Of a DNA stretch of 64,000 nucleotides, positions 37,950 to 48,326 are shown piece by piece. Source of the DNA: Ginglymostoma cirratum. Lineage: Eukaryota. The position numbers and the translations under genes are program-made. The DNA is taken from positions 8,571,288 through 8,635,287 of the forward strand of contig JAHRHZ010000002.1 in NCBI GenBank assembly GCA_024137785.1. The letters are read 5' to 3'. The notes beneath the pieces were generated by a model, which ran no database searches, was not told the origin of the DNA, and saw only the letters and a program-made list of their open reading frames with translations. How positions within the stretch are numbered: the first letter of the stretch is position 1; the number at the start of each line of letters is the position of its first letter.

Positions 37950-38350
37950 AATCCAGACCCAGACTCCCTACGCTGTTCCCATATTTACCACGGCAAATCC
38001 ACCTAGCCAACACGTCTTCGGACTGTGGGTTCAAACCAGAGCACCCAAAGGAAACCTATGTAGATACAAGATGAAGTGTAAAGGCTTGAATCGAACCAGA
38101 CTCCCTCGTGTTGTGAACAAAGTCAAAAACCACACAACACCAGGTAATTGTCCAACAGGTTTAATTGAAGACGCAAGCTGTCGGACCCTTAATCCTTCTT
38201 CAATTGTTAGAAGACTTCTGCTTTCAAATAAACCTGTTGGATTATAATCTGGTGTCATGTAGTTTCTGAATTTTTCCACCCTAGTCCAATACCGGCACCT
38301 CCACATCTTGTGCTGTGAGGCATGGGTGCAAACTACTGATCCACCGTTCC
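37950..38350 (-). mobile_element. HE1-like SINE interrupted by a Penelope-type insertion (~38117-38306)
   Basis: SINE body (CTTCGGACTGTGGG, GAATCGAACC) is split; the insert has inverted ACACCAGG..TCCAACAGGTTTA / TAAACCTGTTGGA..CTGGTGT arms, and GTGTTGTGA / GTGCTGTGA is duplicated at the junctions. Confidence 0.6.
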
Positions 38351-38889
38351 ACACAATTTATATTTAATGGTGATTTTCTCACGGGATAAGGTATTGTTAA
38401 CATCGTTATTATGAACCATAGGACTGTACTCTCATTAGAGAGACAGCTAGTGGTGGTTTAACCTGAGGGAAGAGGTTCAGAAGTATAGACTTTCACGGTA
38501 ACATCAGCCATGAACCCAAGAAGTGGCATTACGATGCATTGCAAATCAGCCGTCCAACAAATGAGCTAACAATGTTAAAGTGATAACATAACAAAGCCTG
38601 TGATTTATTGGTGTGGTGGGGTTGGGGGAAGGTGGTGTAGTGAGGTACACAGACATTGAGTGCCATTTAATTCTATCTTTTATCCAAGAGTAGCGACTGA
38701 TCATGAGCAAAAACAAACTCCATCATTGTGAAATTGGATTACATAGAACAGTAGCCTGTGCCTGGAGGGCAGCATGTCCTGTCTCAGCTTTCACTGTAAA
38801 TTGCAACAAGGTTGTTTTGAAAGCTCACACGGGGGAGTGGACTGTACGTTTTCACCAAACCCCTCTCCAGACTGAAGAGGTACCCTTCA

Positions 38890-40255
38890 CATTGGAGTCC
38901 ATTGTAAAGGATGAGATTTCTGAATATTTTCAATTGTATAGTAAAATATGGCAAAGTCAGCATGGTTTCATCAAAGGAAGGTCATGCCTGAAAAATCTAC
39001 TAGAATCCTTTGCGGAAATAACAAGCAGGGTAGACCAAGGAGAGCCAATGCATGTTATCTACCTGGACTTCAAGAGGGCCTTTGATAATGTGCCACACAG
39101 GAGGCTGCTGCGTAAGATAAGGGCCCACTGTGTTAGAGGCAAGGCGCTAGCATGGATAGAAGATCGCCTGTCTGGCAGAAAGCAGAGGGTAGGGATAAAG
39201 GGGTCTTTCACAGGATGGCAGCTGTTGATGAGTGGCGTTCCACAATGGTCAGTGTTGGGACCACAACTTTTCACTTCGTACATTAATGATCCGAATGAAG
39301 GAACAGTGAGCATTCTGGCTAAGTTTGCAGATGATACAGAGATAGGTGGAGGTATAGGTGGTATTGAGGAGGTAGTGAGGCTGCAGAAGGGCTTGGACAG
39401 GTTAGGAGAGTGGGCCAAGAAGTGGCAGATGGAGTACAATGTGGGAAAGTGTGAGGTTATGTGCTTTGGTAAGACGAACAAACGCATGGACTATTTTCTA
39501 AATGGGGAGAAAATTCAAAAGTCCGAAATGCAAAGAGACCTGGGAGTTCTAGTCCAGGATTCTCTCAATGTAAACTTGCATGTTGAGTCAGTAGTCCGGA
39601 AGGCAAATGTAATGTTGGCATTTATTTTGAGAGGAATTGAATATAAAACCAGGGATGTACTGCTGAGGCTTTATAAGGCTCTGGTCAGGCCACATTTGGA
39701 GTATTATGTGCAGTTTTAGGCCCCATATCTCAGGAAGGAAGTACTGGCCCTGGAGCGAGTTCAAAGGAGGTTCACGAGAATGGTCCCAGGGATGGAAAGC
39801 TTAACATATGGGGAACATTTGAGGACTCTGGGACTAAACTCATTGGAGTTTAGAAGGATGACGGGGCACCTAATTGAAACTTTCAAAATACTGAATGGCC
39901 TGAACGAAATGAATGTTGGGAAGATGCTTCGATTTGTAGGAGAGTCTAGGACCCGAGGGCACAGCCTGAGAGTAAAAGGCATACTATTTAGAATGGAGAT
40001 AAGGAGAAACTTCTCCAGCCAGACAATGGCACATCTATGGAATTGACTCCCACAGAAGGCTGTGGAGGCCAGTTCATTGAGTACATTTAAGACTGAGATT
40101 GATAGGTTCTTGATTATCAAGGGGATCAAGGGTTACGGAGATAAAGCAGGAGAATGGAGGTGAGGAACTTATCAGCCTTGATTGGAAGACAGAGCAGACT
40201 TGATGGGCCGAATGGCCTAATTTCTGCTCCTATGTCTTATGGTCTTATGTCTTTA
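38890..40255 (+). mobile_element. CR1 LINE 3' 1.35 kb (RT)
   Basis: QHGFIKGRSC, DFKRAFD, GVPQWSVLGP, KFADD in ORF 38703-39719; tail CTATGTCTTATGGTCTTATG. Confidence 0.95.
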
Positions 40256-40634
40256 TGAGATTCTCAGCTGCACAGAGCAGTATCCATTTCCCTTCCTGTA
40301 CTGTATTTCCACTTCTTTTCACTCTCCCCTCTTGAAAATCTCTATGCATGACAGTACCACCATCAGTTTGCTCATTTTCTGTGCAGTCTCTGCTCTCCTC
40401 CATATTAACTGAAAGAAGGTTTTATCTGTTAGCTATGTCCAAGGGCTGAAACCCCTTAAAGTATTACTGTTTTGTTCTCTGTCCTTGTTTTGTCCTTGGT
40501 AATCATGAATTCCTACACTTTACCAGAGGCCAAATTCAAAATTTCTTGCATAGGGGCTGGATAACCTCCTGGAGAAGGGTGCCCATGGCATCACAGTAGA
40601 AGTTTCAATCCAGCCCATCAGTTCTAAATTCTAG

Positions 40635-41240
40635 TCATAGAGTCATAAAGCATGTAAACAGACCCTTCAGTCCAACCTCTCCATGCCAACCAAATTTCCC
40701 AAATTAAAAAAGTTCCATTTGCCTGAATTTGGCCCATATCCCTCTAAAATTTAGATAAAAAGGTGTGGGGCTGGATGAACACAGCAGGCCAAGCAGCATC
40801 AGAGGAGCAGGAAGGCTGATGTTTTGGGCCTAGACCCTTCTTCAGAAATGCTCAGATTCTCCAGCATCTGCAGTTCCTACTATCTCCCTCTAAAACTTTC
40901 CTACTCAGGTACCAGTTCCAAAAGTGTATTAAATGTTGTAGTTCTACTGGCATCTAACACTTTCTCTGTTCGTCCTTTACATATATTTACCACTCTTAGT
41001 ATGAAAATGTTACTCTTCGGGTCCCTATTACTTCCCCCCACCCCCCTCACCTCAAACATATGCCCTCTTGTTTTAGACTCCCAGCCCTTTGACTAGTCAC
41101 CTTATCCAAGACATTCATGATTTTATAAAATGCTGGAACATCACCCTTCAGCCTCCAACTCTCCAGGGAAAGAAGTCCCAGCTTGTTCAATCTCTCCTTA
41201 TTCCTAAAATGCTCCAGTCTCTGTAACATCCTTGTTGCAT
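40635..41240 (-). mobile_element. Old CR1 3' fragment carrying a nested Penelope-derived element (~40754-40885)
   Basis: Minus-strand peptide ERLNKLGLLSLESWRLKGD; the insert is flanked by duplicated TCCCTCTAAAA. Confidence 0.7.
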
Positions 41241-41473
41241 ACATATATTGCAGATGTGGTTGTCCCGGGTCACCCAATATAGCTGCAGAACAGCACAAGC
41301 CTCAACAGCTCAGTTGCGTCTTGTGTATTTCTGTGTAAATTTGAAATTTCATGCTCTGTTCCCATGATGTATCCCTCCCTGTGGTTTTTGTGTTTTGGAG
41401 ATAATATACTTTTGCCTCTGCCCATCTCTATGGGGAATATTAGACTGATTGCCACTCTCTTTTGGCATTTTAG

Positions 41474-41729
41474 ACACACACTGAGGTGCTTCCTTACTTG
41501 TATGACCTTGTCTCCTGGTTTCCGAGAGTTTGTGTTTATTGTTTATGAGGATGAATCTAGTTTGTCATGTGTCACATCAATCAAAAGGAATTGGTGCCAT
41601 GGGGGTAGTGGATGGTAAGGAGTGGTGGTTCCTTGTCCTGGGAGCGAAAAGGGCTTCTCTCAAAAGACAGACAGTTGTATTTTAAGGCCAATATTCTGAG
41701 TATACTGTCAGGGACAAATCCATCAGGTG
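41474..41729 (+). pseudogene. MHC class I-like heavy chain pseudogene, alpha1 exon
   Basis: Acceptor TTTTAG (41468-41473); HTLRCFLTCMTLSPGFREFVFIVYEDES, frameshift, then FVMCHINQKELVPWG*WMVRSGGSLSWERK...FKANILSILSGTNPSG. This follows the class I alpha1 pattern HSLRYF...PEF..VGYVDD..F...W...W.R....NQSG. The donor appears mutated (ATGAGT at 41730). Confidence 0.8.
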
Positions 41730-42073
41730 ATGAGTCGTTGTCTTCCATTTCTTGAACACTATGTCCTGGGAATCACAATGTGACTGAGGAAAATTGGGAT
41801 TCGAGTGGGATATGGATTTCCAAGGTTGTGAAGTTGTGGGTAAAGGGAAGAGAGATCTCATTGGATTTTCTCTAACTGGTTCTTTGACGTCAGTGTCTTC
41901 TTCCTCAGGAACTGTTATTGGAAATATCTCTGGTGGTTGGGTGATCTCCCACTGAAACTGCCTTATGGCTACACGTGTGTACAGGGTGTGCATTCCGCCG
42001 TAAGTGGCTCATCTCAGTCTCTGTTGGTTGTGGTGTCCCATTGGGATTGGCTCTGATTGGCTCTGCTTTTCAG

Positions 42074-42347
42074 GAACCCAAACAATGCAGATGCTGATTG
42101 CCTGTGAACTGAGAGATGAAGGGACGAGGCTTGAGTTCTACCAGAGGGGTTGGGACGGACACGATTGTATCAGCTTTGACAAAGATCATAGAGTATGGAT
42201 GACGCCAGACTCATGGGGAGAGAGCATCTAAAAAGTAGATGGAGCAGAATAAGTCCAACAATCAGCAGTGGATGATTTACCTGGAGGAGGGATGTGTCAA
42301 GTGGCTGAGGAAATACTTGACGTATGGACAGAGAGAACTGAGAGTCG
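42074..42347 (+). pseudogene. MHC class I-like heavy chain pseudogene, alpha2 exon
   Basis: Acceptor TTTTCAG and donor GTGAGT (42348), 274 nt, phase 1. TQTMQMLIACEL...GWDGHDCISFDKDHRVW..., stop/frameshift at ~42229, then EQNKSNNQQWMIYLEEGCVKWLRKYLTYGQREL; both disulfide cysteines are present. Confidence 0.92.
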
Positions 42348-42789
42348 GTGAGTGAAGGGAAAAGTGAAAGTCATTGATTGAGGTGGTAACTGAGACTCAG
42401 TGAGTGGACGGGAAGGACAGTCGATGAGCAAGAGACGAGTGAGAGTCAGTGAGTGAAGGGAGTGTGATGGTCTGTGGTTGAGGGTGTTGTGACAGTCAGT
42501 TAGTGAGAGGCCATTGAGAGTCAGAGAGTGAGAACAGTGGGAGTGACAGTTGGTGAGTGAGATCCAGTAAGTAAAGGGAGTTTGAGAGTTAGTTAGTGTG
42601 AGAGTCAGTGGGCGAGAGGGGAGGGAGTGGGAGTCAGTGAATGAGGAGGAATGAAAGTTATTGAGTGGGAGAATTGACAATGAGTGAGCGAGGGGATGTG
42701 AGGGTCAGTGAGAGCTGAGTTAGTGAGAGCCATGGTCTCTCCCTCTCTCTTGATAGTCATGCACTGATCCGCCTTTTACTGTCCTTCAG

Positions 42790-42929
42790 TTGCCCCGGCA
42801 TGTTCTTGTCCTGTCTGAATAATTCTAACTAGCTGCTCTGTCTTGGCACTGGGTTTTGCCTTCAAGCCATCAAAATGACTCTTTGGAGAATTAGAGTTTC
42901 TCAGGAACCAATGTCTCCTGGATTGTTGC
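42790..42929 (+). pseudogene. MHC class I-like heavy chain pseudogene, 5' half of alpha3 (Ig C1) exon
   Basis: Acceptor CCTTCAG (AG 42788-42789); VAP...LSCLNNSN*LLCLGTGFCLQAIKMTLWR...MSPGLL resembles L.C..TGFYP..I.VTW.R; truncated by CR1 sequence. Confidence 0.75.
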
Positions 42930-43350
42930 ATTAGGCCAAATAGGGTAAACTTGGATATTAGTGTGTGGCATTATTCATTGCAGTACAGCAATAACAACAG
43001 CGTGACAGAGTTCAAAATGGAGAAAACATTGGCAAATGAAGTTTCCACACAGACAAATGTGAAGCAGTTCAATGTGGCATAGGGATTGTATGAGTGTAGG
43101 TTTATCAAAGGCATAAAGTGATCTCAATGTACAGAGGCACTGATCGAAATTCAGGTCATAGAGAAAGTAAAGCCAATTATTGTACCTTATTTCAGGAGGG
43201 TTAGAATTGTAAATCATGGGGAGGGATGGGGGTTATGTTCAACCTGTACAGACCTTTGGTCAAACCACATTTGGATCACTGATGAAATTCTGGTTGCTGT
43301 ATTATGAAAAAATACTTGCAGGTAAGAGAAGGTGTGCAGAAACGAAGTTT
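42930..43350 (+). mobile_element. Old CR1 fragment truncating the alpha3 exon
   Basis: AAACATTGGCAAATGAAGTTT..CAAATGTGAAG (WQMKF..KCE) and CTGTACAGACCTTTGGTCAAACCACATTTGG (LYRPLVKPHL). Confidence 0.65.
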
Positions 43351-43649
43351 TGATAACAGTACTACAAAGAAAACATTTCACCTTTTGTTGGGAAGTGCAT
43401 AAGTAGAGGCCATCAATATAACATCATCAACAAGAAATTCAATATGCAATTCAGGAAGACCTAGCTTATTGCAAGTGTTGCACGAATGTGGAAAGTCCTC
43501 AACGCAGACAGTTGTTAAAGTGAAACTGTAGACAATATGTGGTATGTAGGACCACCAGCAATAACTGGTTGCGCCAAATGATTTGTTTCTATGCCATTGT
43601 GTTCTATAATCCTCATTGACTGAGTCTCTAGATATCATTTTCTCTCTCT

Positions 43650-44365
43650 GTCTTGTTTCTAAATACGTTTATGGGGTACAAGTTGCTGGCTAGGACACTT
43701 TTATTGCCCATTCCTAGAAGCCCTTCAGGAAGTGGTGGTGAGCTGCCTTCTTAAACAGCAGCACTCCATTTGGTGCAGGGCAGTTCCAGAATTTGAAGCC
43801 ACGAAGCTGACAGAATGTCGATTTTTTTTTCATGTCAGTGGCTTTGAGGGCTATGTGCAAATGGTGGTGCTTCCATCTGTCTCCTGCCTTTTCCATGATA
43901 GATGATAGTTGTTGTGGGTTTGGCAAGTGTTTTTTGAGGAGCTTTAGTCGTATTCTGTAGTTCACCTTGTAGATAATACACACAGCTTCTCTGGAGCTTT
44001 GGTAGTCAAGGTAGTGGTTAATTGTGGATGTCGCCCTAATCAAGCGTGCGGCTTTGTCCTGGAAGGTGTTAAGATTCATGACTGTTGTTGGAGCTGCACA
44101 CATCCAGGGAAGTTGAGAGTACTCCATTGCACTCTTGACTTGGACTGTGAACAAGCTTCGGAGAGATAGAGGTGAGTTATTCACTGTAGGATTCCAATAC
44201 TGCAATCTGTTCTTCCAGCCATGTTATTTATATTGAAATGCAGTACAGTTTCTGGTTAATGGTGTGCCTAAGGATAACTGGGGATTCAGTGATGAGAACA
44301 CTTTTCAATGTTAAGAGGTGTTGTTCAGACTCTCTCTTATTGGAGATAGTCCTTACATGGCCATT
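43650..44365 (-). mobile_element. CR1-clade LINE RT C-terminus and 3' end (family distinct from the dominant CR1)
   Basis: ORF 43714-44205: VQVKSAMEYSQLPWMCAAPTT..LNTFQDKAARLI...FKKAAHHHFLKG. Confidence 0.7.
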
Positions 44366-44754
44366 TTCTCTTTCTATCACTTCTTTTCTCCTTCTCTGTT
44401 AATTTCTGACACTCTGTTTCCCATTTCTCATTGTATCTCTATCTCATAACCTCTCTTCCTCTCTCAATCGACCCGCTCAACCCCTCTGAGTTTCCCTCAT
44501 TCTCTTGCTCTGATTATTTCTCTCTAATTGGCTTCATCTCACGGTCTTTCAGATGCTCTTTCAGCTTCTGATTTTGTCACTCTCTGTTTCTCTGCTTTTG
44601 ATACTGATTTCTCTCTCTCTCTCGTTGATTGCCCTTGTCTCTTTAGTTCTCTATCTCTTTTTCTCTCTCTCTCTATCTTTGTCTGGTGCCCTTACTCTCT
44701 ATTTCTAACAGATCCGACGTGTCTCATTCCACACTTCTTGTCTATATTGGGATT

Positions 44755-44980
44755 ATAGCACAGTGTGGAGCTGGAGGAACACAGCAAGCCGGGGAGCATC
44801 AGAGGAGCAGGAAAGCTGAAGTTTCAGGTCGGGACTCTTCTTCAGAAAGAAAAAGACAGGAAGAATGGTCCAGACCAGAAACGTTTGCTTTCCTGCTCCT
44901 CTGATGCTGCCTGGACTGCTGTGTTCCTCCAGCTTCACACTGCGTTATCTCAGACTCCAGCATTGGCAGTTATTATTATC
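44755..44980. mobile_element. Penelope-derived foldback element (older copy)
   Basis: Inverted arms ~44755-44845 and ~44860-44948; degenerate duplication TCTATATTGGGATT / TCTACTTTGGGATT. Confidence 0.7.
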
Positions 44981-47744
44981 TCTACTTTGGGATTTTCGTA
45001 TTCATTGCTTTCACCATTTTGGTTCTGAGGATCGGCACGAAGAATGGTGATGTTTTGCATTGAAAATAGTAGTTTCCCACTTGAGTTTCAGGGTTTGGGA
45101 AGGAGCCAGGGAAATGAGGTTTGATAGTGGCACAATGTGTCTGTAATAGTCTCTCACCTATCGAATTAAAGACATCTGCTGAAGAAAAGATAAGTTGTTT
45201 TCCTTCAGGTTTAGTGTGGCTTACTGCACTGAACTGAAAGAGAGTGAATTGTTGACAGCTGCAGACCTCCTGGTTACTCTTCTGCTCTGCCAATTATTTT
45301 CCTGTCCTATTCAATTCCCAAGCTGTTCAGCTACCTGGTAACAAATCACATAGTTTTTGGCAGGCAGAGAAACGTGGGCATTAATAATTGGCTCTAGTTC
45401 ATGTCTATCTGCTTCATTTGTAAACTACCTCTGAGCTCTATTTCATCTACATGACTGTCACCCACAACTTCATAAATAAAGCTCTCAAAAAAGTATCAAA
45501 TTCCTCACTTTCAAACTTTTCAGCTTTCTTGTAAATCTCTCGATTTCAACACACTCCTTTTTCATTTCAGTCTGCACTTTTTTTAAAGCACAAAACCAAA
45601 AAAGCATAGTCTTTACAGTGGCAATGTATGCGGGTAGCTGGTCATGTAGTAATATATAAAGACATCAGCTGTTCAGTTTTCTTGAGAGTTGAAATTTCCA
45701 AATCGTTTCCTCAAATTAGTCGCTGAGTTCAGTCTTGCTGCTTACACAAAATTCAGCTGATTTGCTGTTTTCAGAGCAGATGGGTTTTGCTGGTGTTTGG
45801 GAAAATAATTGAATCATATAAAGTGCAGAATATGTATTGTTGAGAGAAATTACTCCAAAGTGGCCGGTTTCCCGTCACCAATTCAATTTTTATTTACACG
45901 TGCATAGCACCTGCCACTGACCCAGCTACCTCAGAGTTGTTTCCGAGATTGAGAAGAAAGCCCAAGAGTCCTTTTGATATCTGTCAACCAGGGATACCTG
46001 ATTGGACGAGGTTAACAGCCCGAATCAGAAAACTCATGTTCTATTGTATACACCTTCCTAACATCATTCCAATCACTGCAGTGAGAAGATGATCTTTCAG
46101 TATATCCTGTCTGTGTTAGTCTTTGAAGAACTATCATGCTTAGTCATTTTCCAGCACTGGTTCTGAAGCCCTACTGGTCACAGCTCTTAAATTCTAGATT
46201 TTATGAAAGGTGGTGAGAGTTTGTGTTTCTACCAGGCAGTGATTTACACGTTCGCGTTGGCTTCTTGGAAGTAAAAGAACAGTCAACTTATTTCCTCCCC
46301 CTCCCTACCCCCACCACCTGAACTATACTTGAAATTCATGTCCTCTGTTTGTTGATCCTTTTGCTGAGTTCAAGAAGCTATCCTTCATTTTATGCAGTCT
46401 TGGCTCTTCATCATTTGATACACTTCAATTAATTCACATCTCAATCTCCTTTGTTTCATGGAATACATCTCCCAGCCGATCCTGGATAAAGTTCCCAAAT
46501 TGAAGCAAAATTCAACGTTTTCTTCTGCACTGTTCCTGTGAATTTGTGTTGTTATTTTCTTAACATAACGACCAGGCTATGATAGAATTATTGCCACCAC
46601 ATTTTTTTTTGCAAATAACAATTGCAACATATTCGTTAGGAATCAGCGTTGCCATATCCTCCTCCTCCTAATTGGCTTCATAATTCTGTTTGCTATCTTC
46701 TTCCACTTAATGTACTTCGACATGTTTAGACCTTACTGATCTCACAACACAAACACAAACATATTCATCAGGAGGTAGAATATGCCTTTCCACTTAACCA
46801 ATATTCAGTAAGAATTCAGATGCGTCAACACAAAGCTCTGAATTCCCTGCTTAAATATCTCCACTTCTCGTCCCTTCTCCAAGATGTTGTTCAAAATGAA
46901 TCTCTTTCACAAACTTTTCGTTTGCTGTTATCCCCATCAATGTTGCATGGACACATCGAACCATTGCCATGGCAGTGGAAGTTTTAATTAGAACATCAGC
47001 ATCTGGAGTTCAAATGTTAGTTCCAGCATTTTGCCACATCATTATCTGTCAGAAACAAAGTAAAGCAGTTAATTGTTGATAGCTTTGTATGTCTCAGCTC
47101 TAAGAAACGCAGGAATCTGTCACTTAAAGGAAAAAGTCAACACAATCATCGCTCTGTTCTAAGCTTAGTGACAGAGTGCAGAGCAACCTCAATTTCCTTA
47201 CAACATCAGACTACCGGACGATTAAGCCTTTCCTAAACAGTGTGACATCTGAAAAAGAATCTGCTGAGCAGGTGAAAAGGGCTAAAGAATTTCTACATTA
47301 GCTGTCACGGGCATATTGTCTACATCTCTTGTCAAGGCAAGTTGATTGTACAGGGAGAGATTATACGAACATGACAACATGAGAACTCGGAGCAGAATGC
47401 TTAATCCAGTTCCTTGGACATGCTCGGCTACATGGTATGGTAATGCTGGCCTCATCTCGGCCACAACTCCACTTTCCCGCCCTCTCTCCACAGCCCTTCT
47501 ACAAGTTAATTATTAAAATTAGTTATCTCATCCTTTAGTGTTCATAATGGGCTAGCATCCAAAGCACTCGGGCGAGTGCATTATACTGATTCACGACCTT
47601 TTGAGAGAAGTAATTTGTCCTCATTTCTATTTTAAAACGGCTATCCCTGGATCTGAAAAAAAAAAGACCTCTTTCAATTGGGTAAAGTACAAAGCTCAAC
47701 TGGACAAGTAGAGTTATCAGAGAAAACAAAAGCCAACAAATCAT

Positions 47745-47970
47745 AGAATTATAGAATCCCTACAGTGTGGAAACAAACCCTTCGGTCCCACAAGTCCACA
47801 CTGAACCTCAGATCATCCCACCCAGACCAATTCCCTCATAACCCATCTAATCTACACATCGCTGAACACTACAGGCAATTGAGCATGTCCAATCCACCTA
47901 ACCTGCACACCTTTGGACTGTGGGAGGAAACCGGAGCACCCTAAGGAAACCTACGCAGAAACCGGGGAGA
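47745..47970 (-). mobile_element. HE1-like SINE, 3' two thirds
   Basis: ATAGAATCCCTACAGTGTGGAAACA...CTTTGGACTGTGGGAGGAAACCGGAGCACC. Confidence 0.8.
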
Positions 47971-48326
47971 AATCCTCTTCCTTTTCAGCCCACTTCCTTC
48001 ATCAATTGACAGATACAACAGAGATTGACGTGACAGTTTAGTTTGATTGGAGAGTGTTTAACTTAAGCATGTGATGTTTCTTTCAAGGGATACATATTGT
48101 TCACAATAGGAATGTGTCAAACGTGTATTCTGAAAATAGAAGAGTTCGATTGAAAATGTTTAATAAAATTGCTTGTTTAATTATTATAATTAATGTCAGT
48201 CTCCATGCAATTGAATTGTACCACTGGAGGATTGTCGTCTCTATTAAAAAGGAACGCTGTTGTAGTTCAGGCTTAACAGGAGTGTTGTCTCCGTGCACTA
48301 AGAAAAGGACCAGCAGATTCACAGAT

